From assembly GCA_031402655.1 (NCBI GenBank), contig JANNSO010000053.1, positions 18,536 to 82,535 of the forward strand: DNA of 64,000 bases, given 5' to 3'. Of this stretch, positions 46,956 through 54,392 are shown piece after piece. This stretch comes from Spirochaetota bacterium (GTDB lineage Bacteria; Spirochaetota; Spirochaetia; Treponematales; UBA12059). The position numbers were made by a program, and so were the translations under genes. The first letter of the stretch is position 1. The number at the start of each line of letters is the position of its first letter. A model generated the notes under the pieces. That model made no database searches. It saw nothing but the letters and a program-made list of their open reading frames with translations, and had not been told where the DNA came from.

Positions 46956-46984
46956 AGTATAAAATTTATACGGCAATTAGTCAA
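46956..46984 (-). promoter_or_regulatory. Candidate rpmH-operon promoter
   Basis: Minus strand reads TTGACT-17 nt-TATACT, about 110 nt upstream of the rpmH ATG. Confidence 0.6.
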
Positions 46985-47037
46985 CGACCGATTCCTGTCC
47001 GGAGCCAAAGATAATGTCGGACCTGCCCAAATATTAG

Positions 47038-47065
47038 TTGACATACTGGATGTATTTACTATACT
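47038..47065 (+). promoter_or_regulatory. Candidate promoter of the response-regulator operon
   Basis: TTGACA-16 nt-TATACT, about 50 nt upstream of the ATG at 47115. Confidence 0.6.
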
Positions 47066-47114
47066 TGCAAGAAGCATTACAAAGTAAAATGGATTGTTAC
47101 GCAAGGGAGCTAGT

Positions 47115-47738
47115 ATGGCTAAGGTTACAAGCAAGGTACGCATTTTCTCCGCACTCGAGGTGGCTAACCTCTGCGGTGTCGTTAATCAAACAGCCATCAA
47201 CTGGATACGCAACGGTTACCTTAAGGCTTTTACGACGCCGGGTGGACAATATCGCGTCTATGCGGAGGATTTATCCCTGTTCCTTGAAACCAGAGGCATG
47301 CGAACCCCAAAAGAGCTGAGCGATGGCATACAATCCAATACCGATTGGAATCTTCTTCTAATAATAGATGATGACGTTGTGGTAAATAACCTGATCAAGC
47401 GCTTTTTCGAGAAAAAACAGCCAAAAATCGCAATACTCCAGGCATTTGACGGCTTTGAAGCCGGTTCCCTCCTTACGGAAAAACATCCCGGCTATGTTCT
47501 TATGGACATAGACCTGCCTGGCATCGACGGCCACAAACTATGCAGAACCATCAAGAATGATCCGAATTTTGGCAAACCCTTCGTTATCGCCATAACCGGC
47601 CTGGACAACATCGACGTAAAGAACAAGATAATTTCCGAGGGAGCCGACGCTTTTTTTGGAAAGCCATTGGATCTTAAAAAACTCAGTTCCACCATCAGCG
47701 AACTGCGCAGCACCATAGAAGTCGACCATGGAGACTAA
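47115..47738 (+). CDS. Response regulator with N-terminal MerR/excisionase-type HTH and C-terminal receiver domain
   Basis: AAGGGAG lies 6 nt before the ATG at 47115. HTH: FSALEVANLCGVVNQTAINWIRNGYLKAFTTPGGQYRV. REC: LLLIIDDD..VLMDIDLPGIDG..AITG. Confidence 0.8.
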   Translation: MAKVTSKVRIFSALEVANLCGVVNQTAINWIRNGYLKAFTTPGGQYRVYAEDLSLFLETRGMRTPKELSDGIQSNTDWNLLLIIDDDVVVNNLIKRFFEKKQPKIAILQAFDGFEAGSLLTEKHPGYVLMDIDLPGIDGHKLCRTIKNDPNFGKPFVIAITGLDNIDVKNKIISEGADAFFGKPLDLKKLSSTISELRSTIEVDHGD

Positions 47739-48090
47739 CGAAAGCAGGCTTATTCTTATAGTCGAGGACGAGGACTCCATTCGCCTCACTCTCCGCGATT
47801 TTATGCGCAAACGGGGCTACAACGTGCTGGTGGCATCGGACGGCGTCGGTGCAATCAAGCAGTTGCTCGATTATTCAATAGACTTTATCGTTACCGATTA
47901 CCGCATGGACATACTCGGCGGAGACTACTGGATAAAATTCCTCAAGAAATACTGCCCCGACATGCAGGTTGTAATAACTTCGGGCTTCCTTCGCCCGGAT
48001 TTTACCATACCATACGAGGTCGTCTACAAACCCTTCGACTACGTCGAGCTCGAGAAACACATACACGATAAATTATTTCCCCAGGAATAG
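47728..48090 (+). CDS. Single-domain response regulator (CheY-like receiver)
   Basis: LILIVEDEDSIR..FIVTDYRMD..VVITSG..YKPF. 11-nt overlap with the upstream gene. Confidence 0.8.
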   Translation: METNESRLILIVEDEDSIRLTLRDFMRKRGYNVLVASDGVGAIKQLLDYSIDFIVTDYRMDILGGDYWIKFLKKYCPDMQVVITSGFLRPDFTIPYEVVYKPFDYVELEKHIHDKLFPQE

Positions 48091-48095
48091 CTTCT

Positions 48096-48395
48096 ATGGA
48101 AGAAACCAAAAAAGCAGAAGAGCCCACGACAGCGATACTTGCTCTGGTTCGCGGCAGGGTGCAGGGCGTAGGCTTTCGCTATGAAGCCAGATTAACGGCA
48201 CGATCCTTGGGTTTACGCGGCTGGGTAAGCAATTTAAGCGACGGCGGAGTAGAAACCTGGGCAGAAGGCGCGGCAAGCGCCGTGCATCGCTATCTGCAGT
48301 GGCTAAGAAAAGGCCCTCCCGGAGCAAAAGTCGACAGCGTCGACTCCTCCGAAAGGGCCGCATCGGGATCCTACGCGACGTTTACCGTCGAGTAG
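48096..48395 (+). CDS. Acylphosphatase
   Basis: VRGRVQGVGFRYEA..GLRGWVSNLSDGGVE signature. 99 aa. Confidence 0.85.
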   Translation: MEETKKAEEPTTAILALVRGRVQGVGFRYEARLTARSLGLRGWVSNLSDGGVETWAEGAASAVHRYLQWLRKGPPGAKVDSVDSSERAASGSYATFTVE

Positions 48396-48415
48396 AATCA
48401 GGCCGAATCGATAAT

Positions 48416-49288
48416 TCAGGCTACATAGGTCTCCAGCACGTCCGCACGCCCGGGAACGGACAGGCGCTTGAGGGCGTTTTTCTCTATCTGGCGGATTCGC
48501 TCCTTGGTAAGGCTGAAACGATCTCCGATTTCCTTTAAGCTCATTGCCCGCCGTCCATTCAGGCCAAAACGGAACTGTACCACTTCGCTCTCTTTGGTGG
48601 TTAAGGTGCGCAGCACTTCGTTTATGTCGTCGCGCAGCCCCTGTTCTATAACATAGTCGTCGGGAGACTTGTATTTGTCGTTTTCCAGATAGTCGCCGAG
48701 CACGCTGGAATCGCGTTCGTCAAACACCGGAGTTTCAAGGGAAACAAGCTCGCGGGAAACATTTACAAGGTCGGCCACATGCGCCGCGTCCATGTCCAGC
48801 ATCCTGGCTATCTCGCGCATTTCGGCTTCTTCGTTCATCCCCGCGCCCAGGTATTTGCGGGCTTTTTCTATCTGAACCAATTCATTGGCACGGTTGAGGG
48901 GAAGTCGAATCATGCGGCTTTTTTCGCAGATTGCCTTGAGTATAGCCTGCCTGATCCACCATACCGCGTAGCTTATGAAATGATACCCTTTTTCCACGTC
49001 ATAGCGGTCGATGGCGTTGATAAGGCCAATGTTTCCTTCGCTGATAAGATCGGACAGGGGCATTCCCTGATTCTGGTAGCGCTTGGCTACGTTAACCACG
49101 AAACGTAGATTGCTTTTAACCAGCATGTCCTTGGCGTTTTTTTCGCCCTTGGCAGCCTGCCTGGCATAGTTATTTTCTTCTTCGCGGGTAAGCAAAGGGA
49201 TTCTGTTGATTTCTTTAAGGTATATGGAAAGCAGGTTTGCGTCGGCGGAGCTATTGGGTTTTGTATTTATTGTATATTTATTCTTCAT
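48416..49288 (-). CDS. Sigma-70 family RNA polymerase sigma factor (group-2/RpoS-like size)
   Basis: Region 2 (NLRFVVNVAKRYQNQGMPLSDLISEGNIGLINAIDRYD..YAVWWIRQAI) and region 4.2 (LKEIGDRFSLTKERIRQIEKNALKRL). ATG at 49288 is preceded by GGGGGA; the 49327 start is TTG. Confidence 0.85.
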   Translation of the reverse strand: MKNKYTINTKPNSSADANLLSIYLKEINRIPLLTREEENNYARQAAKGEKNAKDMLVKSNLRFVVNVAKRYQNQGMPLSDLISEGNIGLINAIDRYDVEKGYHFISYAVWWIRQAILKAICEKSRMIRLPLNRANELVQIEKARKYLGAGMNEEAEMREIARMLDMDAAHVADLVNVSRELVSLETPVFDERDSSVLGDYLENDKYKSPDDYVIEQGLRDDINEVLRTLTTKESEVVQFRFGLNGRRAMSLKEIGDRFSLTKERIRQIEKNALKRLSVPGRADVLETYVA

Positions 49289-49483
49289 TGTATCCCCCTG
49301 CCTGATATACTGCAGGATTCGTGCCAAACTTTAGCTTTTACAAGAATATAACCGTTATTCCATTATAGCAATCTAAAACTATATATTGTATCGAATTAAA
49401 ATAACAGTTTGACTGCGCGAATCTCAAAAAATTACTCTGTACATATAATTATTTCTATATCATTTTTTTTGAATGTATCTATT

Positions 49484-49541
49484 TGATACAAAACACAGCA
49501 CACACCTCGTAAACTGTATCAATTTGATACAAATTATCCAC
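49484..49541. promoter_or_regulatory. Two copies of the palindrome TGTATC-N5-GATACA, 41 bp apart
   Basis: TGTATCtatttGATACA at 49484-49500 and TGTATCaatttGATACA at 49525-49541, with a third TGTATC half-site at 49387-49392. AT-rich intergenic region upstream of the sigma gene. Confidence 0.45.
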
Positions 49542-49564
49542 GAGTCTATAAAACTGGCTCCAAA

Positions 49565-50203
49565 TTATACAGTATCAGTCTCCCAGGGCATGCAAACTCG
49601 TTTATGCATGGCAAATTCCGGAGAAGCTTTATACGCCTTCAAGGCAAAAATACGACATTTTGAATAAGTGGAAAGACGCAGCTGGGGGAATTGTATCCTG
49701 ATTCCCTCATATAGTTTAACTTTTTTGCCGCACTCTATCGCCGCAATATCGTGCAATCGCTTAAATTCAAGCCAGGTGCCTGCAATCATCTGCAGCACCG
49801 TATCCATTTCCGGCCGGGTTGCAAACTTCCCTCCTGGAACCGTTACCAGGTACCTTCGTACCTGTATGGAAAAAAAAGCCTGGTAGTCATCTTGGTCGCA
49901 GCAGCTGGATTTAGGCATGCCGTAATCGTTGGTAAGCCTCTTGTACATGGCGGCCGATTTTCCGTGCGGCACTAAATGCCTTGCATTGGCAAACGACTTG
50001 ATGGCCAAAGGATTCCGACCCAGGCGTATCAGGGCAATTGCCAGCCAGTACATGCTGCGTTCCAGCTGGAATCTGTTATCCACCGAACACAGATCCACAG
50101 CCTGCCTAAGCAGGGCTACGGCCCGCTCGGCCTTGTGCGATGCCAGGTATCGCTGCGATTTTCTAAGTAATGCGGCAGCCTCCGCACTTCGCTGGCATGT
50201 CAT
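49565..50203 (-). CDS. Hypothetical protein (TPR-like N-terminus)
   Basis: ATG at 50203 (MTCQRSAEAAALLRKSQRYL..). The longer ORF-track version runs through the terminator hairpin into glgX and is rejected. Confidence 0.4.
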   Translation of the reverse strand: MTCQRSAEAAALLRKSQRYLASHKAERAVALLRQAVDLCSVDNRFQLERSMYWLAIALIRLGRNPLAIKSFANARHLVPHGKSAAMYKRLTNDYGMPKSSCCDQDDYQAFFSIQVRRYLVTVPGGKFATRPEMDTVLQMIAGTWLEFKRLHDIAAIECGKKVKLYEGIRIQFPQLRLSTYSKCRIFALKAYKASPEFAMHKRVCMPWETDTV

Positions 50204-50260
50204 ATATATAAAATACTTAAAGCCATCGGCGTAGGCAAGTTTTATCCACAGGAAGAATCT

Positions 50261-50301
50261 AGGGGACTTCTGATAACCAACAAGGTTATCAGAGGTCCCC
50301 T
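50261..50301 (-). terminator. 18-bp hairpin 5 nt downstream of glgX (terminator or RNA-stabiliser candidate, no U-tract)
   Basis: AGGGGACtTCTGATAACC-aacaa-GGTTATCAGAgGTCCCCT, with one mismatch. Confidence 0.45.
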
Positions 50302-50306
50302 CTAGG

Positions 50307-52460
50307 CTATTTTGACAAGAGCACGACAATACTTCGGGCAGACAGGATATATTCGCTCTGGCAGGGTATCGGCAGCTCCGACCCCACGGCCAAAAAATCC
50401 TCGGGGCTTTCCCTGCCCGTGTCGATAACCCTGAACCATGCATGCGCGGGAGGCGGGCTGCAGAGCTTAAACGGCAGCGCTTCGGTGCCCGCATTGATCA
50501 TCATAAAAAAATCGTTGTCGTCGCGGTCGGCCACGATATCCGCCTTGGACCCGTCCATGCGCGCGCCAATTGTTTTTGCCGATTTTTCCCATACGGGGCT
50601 CTTGCCGTCAGGATCGAACCAGGATATGTCGGGTATCGCGTTATGGCTGGAATCCTTGCCCGTAAAGAACTCGGGGCGCCTGAACGCAGGGTGGGCCTTG
50701 CGAAACGCTATGAGCATGCAGGTAAAACGATAGAGATCCGCGTTTTTCCGGCGGTACGACCAGTCGATCCAGCTGATTTCGTTATCCTGGCACCAGGCAT
50801 TGTTGTTACCGCCCTGGGTACGCCCAAACTCGTCGCCGGCCACCATCATAGGCGTGCCGATAGACAGCAGCAGGGTCGTAAGCAAATTCTTGGCCTGTCG
50901 TCGCCTAATTTTTATAATTGATTTATCGAGGGTTTCTCCTTCGTGACCAAAATTATAGCTCCAGTTGCTGGGATGCCCGTCGGCTCCATTTTCGCCGTTG
51001 GCCTCGTTGTGCTTTCCGTTGTAGCTAAGTAAATCCCACAAGGTAAATCCGTCGTGGCTGGTAATGTAGTTGATGGAGTGGAATGGTTTTCTTCCGTCCC
51101 GCAGGTACAAATCGCTGGAGCCGGTAAGACGGGTGGTAAACGCGGGCAGCTGCGCTTCGTCGCCGCGCCAGAATCTGCGCACGTCGTCGCGGAATCGGTC
51201 GTTCCACTCGGCCCAGCGCCCGCCGGGAAACCAGCCTACCTGATACGCGCCCGCCGCGTCCCAGGCCTCTGCGATTATTTTTGTGTGCCGCAGGATGGGG
51301 TCTTCGGCTATCTGCTCGATTACCGGAGGATTCTCCAGCATGGCGCCGTTCTGGTCGCGCCCCAGAATCGAGCCAAGGTCGAAGCGGAAACCGTCCACGT
51401 GCATGTCCACGACCCAGTAATGCAGGCAGTCGAGTATAAAGTTCCGCACCACCGGGTGATTGCAGTTGAGCGTGTTTCCGCAGCCGGAAAAATTCTTGTA
51501 ATATCGTTTATCTTCATCGAGCATATACCAGATCGTGTTGTCCAGCCCGCGGAAGGAGACCGTCGGCCCCAGCTCGCTGCCTTCGCCGGAATGGTTAAAC
51601 ACGACATCCAGTATCAGCTCGATTCCCGCGGCATGCAGCGCCCGCACCATGGTCTTGAATTCGGTAACCTGGGAACCCATGGCCCCGCTTGCCGAATAAC
51701 TGCCCTTGGGCGCAAAAAAAGCCAGGGTGCTGTAACCCCAAAATTGCTTGAGCTTTTCGCCGGTCTCCGGATTGACCCGATTGTTCTCGTACATGTCGAA
51801 CTCATGCACGGGCAGCAGTTCCAGACTGGTGATGCCCAGCTCCTTTAAATGCGGTATCATTTCCACGACGCCTTCGTAGGTGCCGGGGTGCATGGCGCCC
51901 GAGCTTGGGTGGCTGGACAGGCTGGACAGATGCGCCTCGTACAGTACCGCATGCCGCAGCGGCAGGTTCAGGGGTCTGTCCCCCTGCCAGTCAAAAGCGT
52001 CGTCATCGATAACGATGCACTTGGGCATGAGGCCGGCATCGTCCACGGGACAGAAAGACAAGTCTTTTCGCGCATCCTTGCGCACATAGCCCAGGGCTGA
52101 ATCCACGTTCCAGATAAAGTCGCCGGTCAGGGCTTTTGCGTACGGGTCTATGAGTATCTTGTTTTTATTAAAGCGGAATCCCAGTTCGGGCAGGTACGGT
52201 CCGTCGGCTCGCCAGGCGTAGAGGGAACCGGCCTGCGCTCCGAGAAGCTCGATATGCCAGATGTCGCCCGTTTTATTCTGCAGTGGATGGAGGCTAATCT
52301 CAAACGACGCCTTGCTGTCTTCGGGCTTATCGTAAATGCATAAATGCATGCATGAGGCGTTTCTGGAAAAAATAGCGAAATTGACTCCGCCTGGAACCGG
52401 GTTTGCGCCAAAAGGCCGCGGAGAGCCCGGTTTTGCCTGAATTGCGTTACTTTGCGCCAC
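50307..52460 (-). CDS. glgX: Glycogen debranching enzyme GlgX (GH13 isoamylase-type)
   Basis: PFGANPVPGGVNFAIFS, VDGFRFDLGS, AEAWD and YITSHDGFTL motifs. GTG start at 52460 is preceded by GAGG. Confidence 0.9.
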   Translation of the reverse strand: MAQSNAIQAKPGSPRPFGANPVPGGVNFAIFSRNASCMHLCIYDKPEDSKASFEISLHPLQNKTGDIWHIELLGAQAGSLYAWRADGPYLPELGFRFNKNKILIDPYAKALTGDFIWNVDSALGYVRKDARKDLSFCPVDDAGLMPKCIVIDDDAFDWQGDRPLNLPLRHAVLYEAHLSSLSSHPSSGAMHPGTYEGVVEMIPHLKELGITSLELLPVHEFDMYENNRVNPETGEKLKQFWGYSTLAFFAPKGSYSASGAMGSQVTEFKTMVRALHAAGIELILDVVFNHSGEGSELGPTVSFRGLDNTIWYMLDEDKRYYKNFSGCGNTLNCNHPVVRNFILDCLHYWVVDMHVDGFRFDLGSILGRDQNGAMLENPPVIEQIAEDPILRHTKIIAEAWDAAGAYQVGWFPGGRWAEWNDRFRDDVRRFWRGDEAQLPAFTTRLTGSSDLYLRDGRKPFHSINYITSHDGFTLWDLLSYNGKHNEANGENGADGHPSNWSYNFGHEGETLDKSIIKIRRRQAKNLLTTLLLSIGTPMMVAGDEFGRTQGGNNNAWCQDNEISWIDWSYRRKNADLYRFTCMLIAFRKAHPAFRRPEFFTGKDSSHNAIPDISWFDPDGKSPVWEKSAKTIGARMDGSKADIVADRDDNDFFMMINAGTEALPFKLCSPPPAHAWFRVIDTGRESPEDFLAVGSELPIPCQSEYILSARSIVVLLSK

Positions 52461-52515
52461 GATTTTACCTCAGCGCTTATAATAAGCCAGTATTGGGCAA
52501 AAAAACAGGGCAAAT

Positions 52516-53277
52516 CTATTCTTCTTCCTCCGGATACGACCAGGCTCCGAATTGGGTAAAGCCCAAAGCCCGGGCTATTCCTATGGACCCGAGGTGCTTA
52601 TCTTGCGAGCGTATCTGCGGAATTTTATCCAGCTTGAACAATTCCCGTACCAGGAGCGAGCAGCACGATTTGCCGTAACCTTTGCCCCGTTCGCCGGGTC
52701 GGCTTACGTAGCCGATATCCCACACGGGGCTGTCCTCGCTGCCCTCATCGTCTTCTTGGGCAAAATACGGGTAAGCGCTTGCCTTGGCAACCAGGGTTTC
52801 GCCTACAAAAACGCCAGCCACCATGTCGTGATCCAGTTCCACGAAGCCTGCGTCCAGATCGTCGGGCGTGCAGGCCGCATCGAATTCCGCAAAGGCTGCG
52901 GCGTCCGATTCCTCGAGCAGGCGCAACTGCGCTCCGGCAGGAAGCTGCGGCTCCCGGTAATCTTTTATTCCGACATAAAATAGATTGTCTTTGTCGAATA
53001 TCGCTCCGGTCATGGCGTGTATCCAGGCAGCGAGCGAGGCCCGGCTTACATCCTGCGCTTGGCTCTGACCGGCATAGCCGTCGAACAGGCTGCCGTTCAG
53101 CACCGCTACGGTGCCTCCTGCGCCTTCCAGAAAATCGCAGAGGTGATCCCCGGGTATCGCACGACGAAAGACGCGGATTCCGTCGTTTGGTCCTTCGAGC
53201 AGCTTCCCCGGATTTGCGCCAAGCCCGGTCAGCCAATACTCGTTCATGTCAAAGCGCGAATAATCATTGGAACCCAT
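52516..53277 (-). CDS. GNAT-family acetyltransferase-like protein
   Basis: The C-terminal RPGERGKGYGKSCCSLLVRELFKL resembles the acetyl-CoA-binding Q/RxxGxG/A motif. Confidence 0.5.
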   Translation of the reverse strand: MGSNDYSRFDMNEYWLTGLGANPGKLLEGPNDGIRVFRRAIPGDHLCDFLEGAGGTVAVLNGSLFDGYAGQSQAQDVSRASLAAWIHAMTGAIFDKDNLFYVGIKDYREPQLPAGAQLRLLEESDAAAFAEFDAACTPDDLDAGFVELDHDMVAGVFVGETLVAKASAYPYFAQEDDEGSEDSPVWDIGYVSRPGERGKGYGKSCCSLLVRELFKLDKIPQIRSQDKHLGSIGIARALGFTQFGAWSYPEEEE

Positions 53278-53395
53278 GGTAGCACCTGCCTGTCATATTT
53301 ATAGCATCGGCGGACCACTAAGACAATGTAATTCTTACTTTTAATATTCTGGTATCCGCGCCTGGGAATTTTTGATAGTATCTACGCGAGGAACT

Positions 53396-53746
53396 ATGGC
53401 CTACGAATACCGGAAAAACTATACAAGCGCCTCGGAAGAAGCCAGGCTCTTCGATGCGGCCTTGCAAGAATGGAACGAACGCGCGCCCGGCGACTGGAGG
53501 CAGTTCGACTCCGGCGACTGCGACGGTTTCGAATCCTTCGACACCGCCATATTGTTGGAGCTGGCCAACGCGCGCATGCCCTTCGGCAAATATGCCGGGC
53601 GCCTGCTCATTGACCTGCCGGAAGGCTACGTGGTCTGGTTTTCGCAGAAAGGTTTCCCCAAAGGAGAAATCGGCCGGCAGCTGGCATCGCTTTTCGTAAT
53701 AAAGGAGAATGGAATGGAACCGCTTTTAAGGCCGCTAATCAAATGA
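53396..53746 (+). CDS. DUF3820-family protein
   Basis: MPFGKYAGRLLIDLPEGYVVWFSQKGFPKGEIGRQL. GAGGA lies before the ATG at 53396; the 53372 start is TTG. Confidence 0.6.
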   Translation: MAYEYRKNYTSASEEARLFDAALQEWNERAPGDWRQFDSGDCDGFESFDTAILLELANARMPFGKYAGRLLIDLPEGYVVWFSQKGFPKGEIGRQLASLFVIKENGMEPLLRPLIK

Positions 53747-54381
53747 AAATAATCGATATGACTCATGTTATCTCCCCGGATATGCCCATGTACCCGGGAA
53801 CCGAAGGACCAAAAATCAGCCAGGCCACGACCATCGCATCGGAAGGATTCGCCGAAAAGCTCATTTCGATGTATTCCCATACCGGCACCCATATCGACGC
53901 TCCGGCTCACATCCTTGCCGGAGCCAAAAACCTCGACGATTTCGACGCGTCATGGTTCGTGGGGCCGGCTGCGGTCATCGACGTTTCCAAATGCAAAGAC
54001 GGCATCATAGCTGCGGACCTCATCGAGGCGCGGATACCGGAGCTGCGGGGCAAAAGCTTCGTGCTCTTTTATTCCGGCTGGTCCGCGTTGTGGGGCAAGG
54101 CATCATATTTCGAGGGCTTCCCGATTCTAAGCGAGGAAGCTGCGCATCTTGTGTGCACACTGAACCTGCACGGTATCGGCATAGACATGATGTCCGTAGA
54201 CCGCATAGGATCGGTCGATTTTCCGGTACACAACATCCTCTTTAAAAGCAACCTGGTAATCGTTGAAAACCTCACCGGGATGGCCAGCCTGAAACCGGAA
54301 GGCCTTATCTTTTCCTGCCTTCCCTTAAAAATGCCCGCAAGCGACGGCTCTCCCGTGCGCGCTGTCGCCTTGGAGCCATAA
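53743..54381 (+). CDS. Cyclase-family protein (kynurenine formamidase-like)
   Basis: YSHTGTHIDAPAH motif. ATGA overlap with the upstream gene. Confidence 0.8.
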   Translation: MKIIDMTHVISPDMPMYPGTEGPKISQATTIASEGFAEKLISMYSHTGTHIDAPAHILAGAKNLDDFDASWFVGPAAVIDVSKCKDGIIAADLIEARIPELRGKSFVLFYSGWSALWGKASYFEGFPILSEEAAHLVCTLNLHGIGIDMMSVDRIGSVDFPVHNILFKSNLVIVENLTGMASLKPEGLIFSCLPLKMPASDGSPVRAVALEP

Positions 54382-54392
54382 GCGCATTCGGG

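Noticed and set aside
50242-50250. Perfect DnaA-box consensus TTATCCACA
   Set aside because: It is a single box with no cluster, no adjacent AT-rich unwinding element and no dnaA/dnaN nearby. One 9-mer match in 64 kb is not evidence for oriC.
49565-50494. 309-aa version of the hypothetical ORF overlapping the 3' end of glgX
   Set aside because: The first 97 codons run through the 18-bp terminator-like hairpin and into glgX coding sequence. The internal ATG at 50203 gives a non-overlapping gene.
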